Origin: Pelagomonas calceolata
Lineage: Eukaryota
Direction: 5' to 3'
Assembly: GCA_918797485.1 (NCBI GenBank)
Contig: CAKKNE010000001.1
Coordinates: forward strand, 1,302,001-1,366,000
DNA length: 64,000 nucleotides
The notes under the pieces are model-generated. The model was not told where the DNA came from. It was given only the letters and a program-made list of their open reading frames with translations, and did not search any database. Made by a program: the position numbers and the translations under genes. Of the stretch, positions 21,107 through 31,326 are shown in pieces (positions within the stretch are counted from its first letter, which is position 1; each line of letters starts with the position of its first letter).

Positions 21107-21165
21107 AAAGCGCTGGACGCGGTACCGCGGAACGCAAACGACGACATTTACTACAAACCAGAAGC

Positions 21166-23354
21166 TTACGCCGCCTCGAGCGCCCCCCGGTACCCCTCGA
21201 GCGCCACCTTCGCCAGGTACCGCGCGTTCGCCGCGACCCAGTGCTTGTCCTCCTCCAGCATCGCCCGCATGTGCGGCTCTAGATTCCAGATCTGTGTGAA
21301 GCTCAAAACCTCCTTGGTCTGCGTCTCGGCGTCGTTCGCGAGTTTATTGCCGACGGCGACGTAGGCCGCGACCAATCTTTTGGCGGCGTCCGCATTGCCG
21401 GAATCTAAGGCGCAGGCCTCCCGCGCGCGTTTGAGCGCCAGGACGGCGTCTCCATCATGATCCGCCGCGTCACCGAGCAACCGGAGCGAATACATGCGTT
21501 GCCTTGCGTCCTCCAAGGTTTCTGTTCGGTTCAACCGTTCCTCGAACTCCACGTCCCGGTCCGCCTTCTTGCCCTGCAGGCCGAGAACCGCCCCGACGTG
21601 CCCGAGCGCGGCGAGCGCCTCCGCGTCGGCTTGGGGCTCTGTATCCTTGGAAATGGCCAGTTCGCAGACCTCCAGCGCACTTTGCAGCTCCTGTTCCGTC
21701 GTCGCGCCGGCGCTGCCGTAGAGTCCCATCCCGGTGCCCTTCCGCCGACACGCCCCGAGCCCCACCCTACTGGACCTTCGTTCCGTGCGCAGGAAATCCG
21801 CACGCGACCGGTCACCTAACACTGAAACACCATACTCGTCGGGGAGCGGCTTCTCGAGCTCCTTCACCGCGTCGAGGGCCGCCTGGTAGGCGTCGGACGC
21901 GCCGGTCGCGTCGCCGCCGATGGCTTTTGCTTTCGCTTGTGCCGTGGATAAAGCGTGGGTGAGGACCGCGGCCGTCGTCGTGGGCTCCTTGGCTTGTGCT
22001 GCGACGGCGTAGCGCCGCGCCGCGTCTATCGACCTTTCAACCAATTCGAGCTCCGAGTCATCAAGCCGCCGCTGGCTCAGCGCCAGCTGCACAAAAGCAC
22101 CTAGCAGCGCGTCCTCGGCGCCTGTGTTGAAATCAAATTTACGGCACCTTCGCTATCGTCGCGTCGACCTCCACGCCGTCGACGCGGCACCTGCTCGATG
22201 GCGTGGCGATGTCGGTTCCCCACCGCTCGACGGAGCCAGCGCGGCCACGTCATCGCCGAGAAATGACTTAGTGAAGAATATATCGGGTGCACCCGACGCA
22301 CTGGTTGATTTCCACACAGCTCGGCACGCCCGGGCCACGGCTCGTCCGGCGGCGGCAAGAGGGACGCGGCGCGCTCGAGCCGCGACCGCGCGCCGACATC
22401 CAGGGAAGGCGCCTGCGTCGCCCGGGCCGCGTGGTACAATGCTCTGGCTTGCACCGTTGCAGGAGAAGCGCCTCGAAACAGCCCGTCCGCGTCCTCCGGT
22501 ACGACCGTACTCTCGTCCAACAATTTGGCGCAGCCATCAAATTCTTGCCGCGCGGGCCGGAACTTGCCCAGCCTGCACAGACAGACGGCGCAGTTGTGCT
22601 TCGCTCGTAAGATTATAAGTGGATGTGCGTCCTCCTTGCGCACCAACGCATCTGATAATTCTAAATCTTTTTGATGACAGACTAACGCCTTCTGCACATC
22701 GCCCTTCCGAAAGTGGATAACGCCCGCCAACGACGCGTTCCTCGCTTGTTGCGTGGGCGCGTCTTTCAGCAGGCCGTCGGACTTCTCCAACGCCTCCAGC
22801 GCTTCATTATCTTTCCCTAGCATCGCATACACGTGGGCCAGATTGGCATATGACGAGGCCTGGCCCTCCTTGCGTATGCCTTTGTCCTTTTCCTCGGTCG
22901 CACTCGACCTGTGTGGAAATCAAATTTACGGCGCGTTCGTCCTGAATCGCCGCGTCGACCTCGACGCCATCGACGCGACGCCTGCTCGATGGCGTGCGAT
23001 GTCGGTTCCTAACCGCTCGACGGAGCCAGCGCGGCCACGTCATCGCCGTGCACCCGACGTGCCGGTTGATTTCCACACAGCACTCGACAATTGCTTCTCG
23101 AAGGTTCCTAACGCACCAGGGACGTCGCGCAGCTCGAGCTGGCACTGTCCGATCTTGGCACAGAGTCTTGACATGACCATGTGCTCCTCATACGTCTCCA
23201 GCGCCTCCGCGGCCGCCTCGAGTTTTGCCAGCGCTGGAGCCCAGTCGCGTTCCTCGACGAGCGCAGTACCATCATCGATGAGCTCGTCGACGTCGCCGCG
23301 GCTCAGCTTTACCTTCTCCGGCTCCGGCTCAGTTTTTTTCTTCTTGGGCGCCAT
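21166..23354 (-). CDS. TPR-repeat protein; 3 exons, ~600 aa
   Basis: Exons 23354-23089, 22908-22328 and 22121-21166 total 1803 nt in one open frame. TPR-like helices include SYANLAHVYAMLGKDNEALEALEK and GDVQKALVCHQKDLEL. Confidence 0.85.
22122..22327 (-). mobile_element. Introner intron B (206 bp)
   Basis: TIRs CTGTGTTGAAATCAA (from 22122) and TTGATTTCCACACAG (to 22319). TSD CTCGGCGC (22114-22121) / CTCGGCAC (22320-22327). Splicing restores the frame. Confidence 0.92.
22909..23088 (-). mobile_element. Introner intron A (180 bp)
   Basis: Perfect 15-bp TIRs CTGTGTGGAAATCAA / TTGATTTCCACACAG spanning 22909-23080. Perfect 8-bp TSD CACTCGAC at 22901-22908 and 23081-23088. Confidence 0.95.
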
Positions 23355-23783
23355 GGTTCACCACTGCTCGCCTCCCGAGGCCTGCAGCGCTGCCCCCTCC
23401 GCTCTCCGAGGGACGAATGGGCTGCCCGCGGTCTCAGGTCGTCGCGTGCGCGGCACAGGGACCTGCTCGACACGCTCGGCGCTGCGCTTGATTATGGAAT
23501 TTGCTCTAGATGAAGCATACTAGATTATGCTCGAGTCTTGCCCGGTGATGTCTTATTCGACAACGAGATCCGTCGACTTCTCTCCCCCGACACCCCGACG
23601 CCGCGTTCGGCGCGCTCGAGGACAAGTTCCGGAACCGCGGGACGCCCCCGCCCGCGGCGCTCGCGCGAATCGCAGAGCTCGAGGCGAAGCGCAGTGGCGG
23701 CGGATAGTACTTTGTTCTAAACTTCTAAGTTACTCACTACGGCTGGCGGCGGGACGTAGTACTCGGATACTAGAACTTCAAAG

Positions 23784-25427
23784 TTACCGGAGCCGCGTCC
23801 GCCTTCGAACCGGCGCGCCCTCATCATAATCATCAATGGACCGCTTCTGCATGGCCGCGTGCCACTTCAATAACCCCGCCAGCCGCCGGCACGCGCGCTC
23901 GCCCGGCTTCAATGCGGAGACCCACGCCTCGTCGCCGGCCGCCGCGCCGGCGGCGTACTGTTCGGCCAGAAAACCCATGGCCTTCTCACTCCTCAATTGG
24001 GCCCCGCACGCAGAAAACCCATCAGAAGCAGGAGCACCGCAGGCCGGCCCGAAGCCCCGGAACAGCGGCGCATATAAAGCTCCAACCGCACACGCGGCCG
24101 CGTGGTAGTAGGCGTATGAACTGGTATCTTTGTCGCGCGTCGGCCAGCCTCCTGAATCATCGCCTTCCGTAGTTTGCGCCTGCATGATATACTCGCAGCC
24201 CCGTTTGACCCTACCGTCGTCGTCTTCCAGACCAAAACTTCTCAGAGCACGAACGACCGCACCCGCGAGGTGGACATCTTCTTTCCGGATAGCTCTAGTC
24301 ATACACGCGACATCAGCTAATAACGCGTACTCGTCGGGGAAGGCCGACGGTCTTAATCGTAGCTCGCCGTAATTCGAGGCAATATCGACAATCGCACACG
24401 CGAGCGTCGCTTGATCGACATACCCGTCCCATCCCAGCTGCGCGAAGGGCATGTAGGGCTTCAGGCCGTCAATCCACTTCAGCACTGAACTTTCGTCGTG
24501 CGAGATATGTACTCCTGCTCTGTCAGCATAAGAAGCGTGATACAACGCCTGCGTCGCTGCCTTGATGCGCGTCATGCGCCGTTGCGCGTCCGTGACGTCC
24601 TTCGTGCCCTGGGCCGGTCTTGATAAGTTGGCACCTAGGAAACTCGAAGCGAACACATCGGCACCTCTAGCTTTGGAAGTTTTGGCGACGTAGTCCCGAC
24701 ATTCGAGTTTGAGATTGGCATGGCCCACGCCGCACCGCTCCAAAGCGGCGATGCCACACAGCGCGTCGGCGCACTCGGGCGGCTCCGCTTGATCTGAATC
24801 GAACGCAAAGCCGTCGCGCCACTTTATGGCCAGTCTTTCCACATGGTATGTGGCTAACGCCCTCAATGGATCGGGCGCCGTGGCCGCCACCGACGAGAGG
24901 AAGGTGAGAGCGTCGGCCCCGAAATTCTTCGCGCACAGGTCGTTATCCAACAAATCGGCGATGAACGACAAGCCCTTCCAGGCGCTCGCTAATCTTTTGG
25001 TTTGTGCGTCTGGCGGTGCGTCATATGTCCCAGGTGCTTCGGGCGGCTTGCCGTGGTCGTCCAGCGCCTCCAGGGCCTTCTCGTTACTGACAGTTTTGAC
25101 AACAGCAGTAACAGGTCTAGGCTGCTCTTCGGCCGCTTTCAAAGCTTCCGCGAGCTCCGCCTCGTCCAAATCCTCCTCGTCGCCGTCGTCGTGCCTCACC
25201 CGGTAGTAGGGCTCGCCCTCGTTCAGGTGAGCTGGTAGCCAACTTACAACGGTCCCGTAGGACTCGATGCCCCGCCCGAACTTCCTCAAAACAGATCGAT
25301 TCACAAAATCACAACCTTCAGACGTATAATCGTCCGTGTTGTCGCCTTCATTGTCCTCCGTGAAGTTAAAGCCCGCGGCGCCCTCGCCCTCCCACCAGCG
25401 GCCGCCGGTCTCCTTGGCGTCGCCCAT
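23784..25427 (-). CDS. Tudor-like domain fused to an alpha/alpha-toroid (prenyltransferase/squalene-cyclase-repeat-like) domain
   Basis: N-terminal RKFG...YGTVVSW...YRVRHDDGDEEDL is Tudor-like; C-terminal RGCEYIMQAQTTEGDDSGGW resembles a QW-type repeat. Confidence 0.65.
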   Translation of the reverse strand: MGDAKETGGRWWEGEGAAGFNFTEDNEGDNTDDYTSEGCDFVNRSVLRKFGRGIESYGTVVSWLPAHLNEGEPYYRVRHDDGDEEDLDEAELAEALKAAEEQPRPVTAVVKTVSNEKALEALDDHGKPPEAPGTYDAPPDAQTKRLASAWKGLSFIADLLDNDLCAKNFGADALTFLSSVAATAPDPLRALATYHVERLAIKWRDGFAFDSDQAEPPECADALCGIAALERCGVGHANLKLECRDYVAKTSKARGADVFASSFLGANLSRPAQGTKDVTDAQRRMTRIKAATQALYHASYADRAGVHISHDESSVLKWIDGLKPYMPFAQLGWDGYVDQATLACAIVDIASNYGELRLRPSAFPDEYALLADVACMTRAIRKEDVHLAGAVVRALRSFGLEDDDGRVKRGCEYIMQAQTTEGDDSGGWPTRDKDTSSYAYYHAAACAVGALYAPLFRGFGPACGAPASDGFSACGAQLRSEKAMGFLAEQYAAGAAAGDEAWVSALKPGERACRRLAGLLKWHAAMQKRSIDDYDEGAPVRRRTRLR

Positions 25428-26004
25428 TGTCGCGCCGCGGCGCTGCGCTTCGCGACGTTTGTTGACGCGTTCGCTCGGCTGTCCTGCTCGCTCGCGTCGC
25501 TGCGGCGGCGGCGGCGTGCTCGCCCGAGCTGTTGTGGCTCCTAGAGCTGCTGGCACGCGACGTTGGTCCTAGAGCTCACGCAGCGCGCTGCTCGCTGTCG
25601 GTATGGCGCACAAATGAGATACCCTATTAAACGGCGCGCGTAAGCAGCCTCGCGCGCTCCGCGAGTTTTTATCTGAAGCAAAGGCCTAGGTGATGGACAC
25701 TAGACTCAGGGGAACCGGTTCCACAACTCGCGGATATGTCGCGCCCCGACCAAGCCACCCTGGCCTTTCTGGAGAACTCGGCGAAGCACGCGCCAAGCCC
25801 GCCCGATCTAGCTTTCTTACAAAGAAGCCATCGCGATCGTGATCGCCACGCGAGGGACATCCGGAGCCGTCGCGGCGAGCCAAAGGACCTCAGCGCTTGA
25901 TACGGTTTGCACCCGCGTCCCATCTTTGAGCAGGGGCAGCCAAGGGCAGCCTTTCCAGCGCCAACAGTGCGCCCACTCGAAAGCAGAGCCGCCGCGCAGG
26001 CACC

Positions 26005-27258
26005 ATGAGCGCCCCGAAGGAGCAGGAGATGGTCGAGCGCGTCGAGCCGACGGCCGTGACGCCCGTGATCGTGGACCCGATCCCGCTCGCGCCGGTCGCG
26101 GTGGTCGTGCCGCCGGGCGCCGTCACGGGCACGGTCGTCGCGGTCCAGGGCCAGAACGTCGTCATCCCGGCGGGCTACGCCGCGGGCGCCGAGTGGCAGG
26201 TCATGCTGCCGACGACCAAGGTCGTGCAGCAGTCGGGGCTGGTCGGCATGGCCCAGCTCCTGGGCGGCGCGGACCGCATCCACATCAACCAGCGCATGAT
26301 GATGTTCGAGGCCCTCTCGTGCGGCATGTTCGAGCAGAAGAACAAGTACGACATCCGGATCGGCGACAAGGAGGGCCCGACGGTCATGGTCGCGACCGAA
26401 GAAAGCAAGCCGTGGACGCGCCTCTGCTGCGCGCCGCGGCACTCGGCGTTCGTCTACTTCGCGCCGGCCTACGACCAGAACAACGTCCTGCTGACGATGG
26501 AGCGGCCGGGCTGCAAGTGCGACGGCTGCTTCGACGTCATGTGCTGCGTCAACTCGCCCAAGCCCTGCACGGGCGGCGGCTGCTACACGTGCCACGACAT
26601 GTGCGTCGAGGAGGTCACGCTGCACGACGGCATGGTCACGGGCGAGCCGGGCGTCGAGCTCCAGAACGCCAAGCCCCTCGCGGTCATCCGCCAGCCGATG
26701 CAGTGCTGCACGCCGCCCATGGACGGCTGCACGCCGACTTTGGATATCTTCCCGGCGCAGGGCGAGACGCCCTACGCGCAGATCACGGGGCCCACGCTCT
26801 TCGGCGGCTGCTCCGAGCTCTGCTGCGAGAGCCACTTCCGCTACACGAGCGACGGCCGCGAGGCCGGCCAGGTCACGCACCTCACGCCCAAGTCGCCCGG
26901 CGAGGTCTTCAAGGCGATCTGCACGGACTCGGACAACTACGGCATCGAGTTCGCGCCCGGCGCGTCCGAGGTGGACAAGGCCAATATGATCGCGGGCTCG
27001 GTGCTCCTCGACTACATGTTCTTCGAGATCGACAACGGCCTCGTGCACATCAACCCGATCGACCGTTCGGTCGAGATCACGTGCTGCCTCTGCTTCTGCT
27101 GGGGCAACTTAACACCGTGCGTCTGCAAGTGCGGCGGCAAGAACGACGACGGCGGCGCGAGCGGACTCGGCGCACTTGGCGGACTTGCCGGCGGCGGCCC
27201 GCCGCGCGCCGAGGACGGCTCTGTGTTTGGCCAACCCTGGCTGACGGCCCAGAATTAG
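26005..27258 (+). CDS. Phospholipid scramblase (PLSCR)-like protein
   Basis: FEQKNKY, ATEES..TRLCC, TDSDNYGIEF..ASEVDKANMIAGSVLLDYMFFE; Cys-rich, very strong GC3 bias. Confidence 0.88.
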   Translation: MSAPKEQEMVERVEPTAVTPVIVDPIPLAPVAVVVPPGAVTGTVVAVQGQNVVIPAGYAAGAEWQVMLPTTKVVQQSGLVGMAQLLGGADRIHINQRMMMFEALSCGMFEQKNKYDIRIGDKEGPTVMVATEESKPWTRLCCAPRHSAFVYFAPAYDQNNVLLTMERPGCKCDGCFDVMCCVNSPKPCTGGGCYTCHDMCVEEVTLHDGMVTGEPGVELQNAKPLAVIRQPMQCCTPPMDGCTPTLDIFPAQGETPYAQITGPTLFGGCSELCCESHFRYTSDGREAGQVTHLTPKSPGEVFKAICTDSDNYGIEFAPGASEVDKANMIAGSVLLDYMFFEIDNGLVHINPIDRSVEITCCLCFCWGNLTPCVCKCGGKNDDGGASGLGALGGLAGGGPPRAEDGSVFGQPWLTAQN

Positions 27259-27464
27259 CAGGCGCCTCCGCGCCTCCCACAAGTCCCCCTCCCACAAGTC
27301 CCCTTCACTTACGGCTACGGTGGTCGCACCGTTACCCCAGTTGGCCGTCCCGCGGCGTAAATTCATAGAAATGGAGATACGCCAACGACGCGACCTAGCA
27401 GGTTAATACAATAGATTTTATAAGTTTTCTTGGGGGGCGGGCCGGCCGTAGGATAATAGGGGGG

Positions 27465-28079
27465 TCAGCCGCGGCTCACGAGCAGCTCGCCCGTGTTGCG
27501 GTGCAGTGCCTTGAGGACCCAGTCCTCTCCGCCTTTCTCGAAGACGCCGACGGCGCAGTAGGGCAGCTTGAGCTTCTCGTGGGCCAGGTCGCGGATGCCC
27601 TCGCGGTGGGAGACAACTAACGCTTGTGGCGTCTGCTGCGACACCCAGGCGCACGCCGCTTCAAAGGACTTCGGCGCCGACTCGCCGAAGGAATCGATCC
27701 TGGGGCACATGCGCGCCATCTCCGTCGGCGCGAGGAAGGGCAGGTTCTCCAGACCTCGCTTCTTCACGGCCGCGGCACAAGCCGCCAGCGCGGGGACCAC
27801 GGTGACCGGTAAATCACCGAGCGCTTCGGAGAGCTCCTTCGCCGTCGCCAGGGTCCGCGCGCAGGGGCTCGCATAGATGCGGTCGAAGCACTGGCTGCGC
27901 AGGAACTCGGCGGCCGTTCTGGCTTGCGTCGCGCCCTGCTCGGTCAGCGGCGGGTCGAACCTTCGGTTCGCCGGCGTCTGGGCCTTCCAGGCCGCCTTGT
28001 GGCTCGTCTCGTCGACGCGCTCGCCGTGGCGGACGATGAAGAGCGTCGGCTTTTGCGCCGCTTGCGCGTGCGCCGCCAT
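27465..28079 (-). CDS. Histidine phosphatase / phosphoglycerate mutase family protein
   Basis: LFIVRHGERVD, DPPLTEQG, ASPCARTLAT and VVSH motifs. Confidence 0.88.
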   Translation of the reverse strand: MAAHAQAAQKPTLFIVRHGERVDETSHKAAWKAQTPANRRFDPPLTEQGATQARTAAEFLRSQCFDRIYASPCARTLATAKELSEALGDLPVTVVPALAACAAAVKKRGLENLPFLAPTEMARMCPRIDSFGESAPKSFEAACAWVSQQTPQALVVSHREGIRDLAHEKLKLPYCAVGVFEKGGEDWVLKALHRNTGELLVSRG

Positions 28080-28591
28080 CGCCTCGTTCTCGAGGCACAG
28101 GATTTCACCCGTGTCCTCACGCCGTCCCCGGGCCGCCTGCCGCGGGGTATTTGGGCCGGTCCCCGCTTCCCGGGCCGCAAATGGGCGCTGCCGCGGCACA
28201 CCTCCTGGTGGCCGGGCTCTGAGGCTCTGTCAGCCTGGTTCTTGGGGACGTCAGAAGGAGTGGTGGTAGGAGGCTGTCAGAAGTCTTTCTCTACGGCCGT
28301 AGCAAGGGCGTTTTCAGGCGCCGCTGAAACCAAATGTCGAGCGAGAATATTTTTTTTTGGGGGCCTGGGACCGCGTAGTGCACGCCGGAGGCTCTCTGGA
28401 CGAGCTGGAGGGATCGTGGGGCCGGCGGCAGGGCATCAAAGTCTGGAGGTCGAGGCTACGGCAGGCGACGCGACGCGCGGCACACGAAAACGACGCCGCG
28501 CAGGGCCCGCAGTACTCCAAAGACAGCGCATCAATCGCACTCGCCAGTGAGCAGCGCTGCCGACGGCCACAGCCAACAAAGAGGCAACATT

Positions 28592-30205
28592 ATGGCCGAC
28601 CTCGTCCGCAGCCTCCCGGCGCCGCAGCGCGAATACGTCGTCTGGCAGGACCCCGACAAGTCTCTACGGAAAGCGCCGACACCGAAGAGTAGGGCGCCGC
28701 CCTACGGTCGGAGGAGAGGCTTCGTGCCCCGGTCGATCGCCGACTTTGGGGATGGGGGAGCGTTCCCCGAGATCCACGTGGCCCAATATCCCTTGGGCAT
28801 GGGCACGAAGGAAGACAAGGCCGCGCAGCAGAAAGGTGGTGTGGTAGCTCTCGAAGTAGGGGAAGATGGTAGTGTGAGATACGACGCCATCGTCAAACAA
28901 GGCGCCAACAAGAATAGGATCGTGCAGACGTCGCTGAAGGACACGAAAGGTAGAGCTGTTGGTGATGATGAAGGTTTGGAACTACCGACGGAGGAAGAGG
29001 TCCAGGAAACGGCCCAAAGAACACAACAGGCCTTATCCGTCATTTTGGACGGCAAAGTGAACAGCTCCAAGCCGACCCACATCCCGGAGCAGTGCGACCC
29101 GAACCAGCAGAAGGCCACGTTCGTGCGGTACACGCCGAACCCGAACGCTCCGGGGTATACCGCTACTGCTGCTCAGCGCATCGTGAAGCTGGTCGACCAG
29201 CAGGTCGACCCCATGGAGCCGCCCAAGCACAAGCACACGAAGGTTCCCCGAGGGCCGCCTAGTCCGCCGGCGCCCGTATTGCACTCGCCACCCAGAAAAG
29301 TTACGGTCCACGACCAGCAGTCCTGGAAGATCCCGCCCTGCGTCTCGAACTGGAAGAACGCGCGCGGCTACACCATACCGCTCGATAAAAGATTGGCGGC
29401 GGACGGGCGCGGCCTGCAGGAACAAACGGTCAATAACAATTTCGCGACGTTAGCGGAGGCCTTGTACATTGCGGAACGTTCCGCTCGAGATGAAGTTAGG
29501 GCACGAGCGGAGGTGCGCCAGGCGAATGCTTTGAGGGATAAGGAGGCGCAGGAGGCGCGGCTGCGGGACCTGGCCGCGCAAGCGCGCGAGGAGCGCAACA
29601 ATCTGCAAGCGAGTCGAGGCGCACCTAGGAACGACGGCGCGGCCGCCTTCTTCGACGGTGACTCAGAATTGTTAGAGGAGGAGGACGCTGGTCGAAGGGA
29701 AAGAGAACAAGTCAGGATAGAGAGAAAGCGGGAGCGGGAACGGCAGATGCGGCTAGATAATGCGAAGGGCGACATGAAGCGGTCTCGGTTAGAAAGGGAG
29801 CGCGATAGAGACGTCTCCGAGAAGGTCGCCCTCGGGCTGCTGAAGGGGTCTGCCAAGTTAACGGGTGAAGCGCAGTTCGACAAGCGGCTCTTCAACCAGT
29901 CGAGCGGCATGGACCAGGGCTTCGGGGCGGATGATGATTACAACGTCTATTCGAAGCCGTTGCTGGATCGGGAAGATGCTGCTGCTATTTATAGGCCACG
30001 GAAGCAAGATGATGGCCCATCAGCGGACGACCAGTACGCGGCGCTGACGTCTTCCTCCAAATTCGCCGCGCCTGAGAGAGGTTTTGCGGGCACCGAAGGA
30101 GGTGCTAGACCTCGGGACGGCCCGGTGCAGTTCGAGGCCGACGCGCCTTCCGATCCGTTTGGCTTGGACAAGTTCCTGACGGACGTGAAGAATAAGAAAT
30201 CATAG
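28592..30205 (+). CDS. SNW1: SNW/SKIP (Prp45) spliceosomal protein
   Basis: DFGDGGAFPEIHVAQYPL, DPMEPPK, WKIPPCVSNWKNARGYTIPLDKRL and RDVSEKVALG. Confidence 0.96.
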   Translation: MADLVRSLPAPQREYVVWQDPDKSLRKAPTPKSRAPPYGRRRGFVPRSIADFGDGGAFPEIHVAQYPLGMGTKEDKAAQQKGGVVALEVGEDGSVRYDAIVKQGANKNRIVQTSLKDTKGRAVGDDEGLELPTEEEVQETAQRTQQALSVILDGKVNSSKPTHIPEQCDPNQQKATFVRYTPNPNAPGYTATAAQRIVKLVDQQVDPMEPPKHKHTKVPRGPPSPPAPVLHSPPRKVTVHDQQSWKIPPCVSNWKNARGYTIPLDKRLAADGRGLQEQTVNNNFATLAEALYIAERSARDEVRARAEVRQANALRDKEAQEARLRDLAAQAREERNNLQASRGAPRNDGAAAFFDGDSELLEEEDAGRREREQVRIERKRERERQMRLDNAKGDMKRSRLERERDRDVSEKVALGLLKGSAKLTGEAQFDKRLFNQSSGMDQGFGADDDYNVYSKPLLDREDAAAIYRPRKQDDGPSADDQYAALTSSSKFAAPERGFAGTEGGARPRDGPVQFEADAPSDPFGLDKFLTDVKNKKS

Positions 30206-30379
30206 TCTCGTGTTTATTCGGTGTTGCGTCGATGGCGTGGAGTCCGGCGGAGAGTTCGCCGCGCCAACCGTCTACGCCGAGCCGACCGTCTACTACTAGT
30301 ACTAGCCTGAGTACCGTCACAGTGACGCCGACAAACGTGCCGACAAGCAATTTTTCGATGTGATGATACAAGTAAAGAA

Positions 30380-30925
30380 TTACGCTTGTGTCTTGTAGAC
30401 GAGCACCAACCCCAGGAAAATCAAAAAAGGCACCCACGTCTTCAGCGCGCCCGACAGGGACGTATGCCGCCCGCAGAAGAAGACGACGGCGGCGAGCTCG
30501 ACCTTGTTGTGCACCGCGCAGCCCCCATATCTCAGCAAATTGAGCACGCGCGCCACATGAGAATGGCAGTCGTGGCCGCAGCCCATCACATGAACATGCC
30601 GCGCGTATTCGTTGTCGGCTTGGTCGATCGCATCGTCCCAGCGTTTTCTGTCAGCATCGTCCCCGAACTTTATAAGCCGCACGTAGCGCGCCGGCTCGCC
30701 GAACAGCATTTGTTTCGGGTGATTCGCCGAGATGGGGCAGCCGTGCCAGTCGTGCAAATAACCTTTGCTATCCGTGATGCCCATGTGGCCAATCGCGGGA
30801 ATGCAGCACGTGATCGGTTGGATGGGAGTCCACGCTATTGATCCCGGCGGCACGGTCGCGTTTAAGACGTCCGGTTGCGGGCTTTCCGGGTCGGCGCTGG
30901 CGATCATCGCGTGCCGCCCGGACAT
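30380..30925 (-). CDS. TMEM222: TMEM222 / RTE1-like (DUF778) protein
   Basis: IAWTPIQPITCCIPAIGHMGI, FGEPARY, WDDAI, DCHSHVARVLN and a C-terminal TM segment. Confidence 0.88.
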   Translation of the reverse strand: MSGRHAMIASADPESPQPDVLNATVPPGSIAWTPIQPITCCIPAIGHMGITDSKGYLHDWHGCPISANHPKQMLFGEPARYVRLIKFGDDADRKRWDDAIDQADNEYARHVHVMGCGHDCHSHVARVLNLLRYGGCAVHNKVELAAVVFFCGRHTSLSGALKTWVPFLIFLGLVLVYKTQA

Positions 30926-31099
30926 GTGGGCCCTGAGAGCTGTGTTTGATCTGCTTTGCTTTGCTGCCTACCAGAGGCCGCAACGCGTCAAACCAAGCTG
31001 GTCAGCGTGCGTCGAGGGCCACAGGAGGCGCTTACAACGAGCCCTAGCTCCACAGCACGCCGCTGCGAGGAGACTTTTACGTTTTGGCAGCCACAGTGG

Positions 31100-31123
31100 G
31101 CTAGCGTATTGTAACACACTAGC
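31100..31123 (+). promoter_or_regulatory. Upstream motif copy (TMEM222/PHD divergent gap)
   Basis: GCTAGCGTATTGTAACACACTAGC. Confidence 0.6.
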
Positions 31124-31326
31124 AAGCAAAAAAGCCCAGCTTGCGAGCGCTCGTTTGGCGCAAGCGGTCGATTTTTGGGCGAGCGGGCTGCTTTCACAGC
31201 TAGCCAGTACTCCTCGCTAACCTCTCCACAATTTTTAGCCTGCCGCAAGCTGTGCAGGCTACAAACCCAGCCTAGCACTCCTGGACGCCTGTACGCCGCC
31301 ACACGAAGAAGAAAAAAACAGGAAAG

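Noticed and set aside
20683..21147. N-terminal 155-aa extension of the 830-aa ORF
   Set aside because: It has a non-ATG start, composition unlike coding sequence, and contains the upstream motif, so it is probably promoter or UTR.
25669..27368. Long alternative ORFs 25669-27048(-) and 25839-27368(+)
   Set aside because: Shadow frames of the strongly GC3-biased scramblase gene, with Arg/Gly-rich or antisense composition and no motifs.
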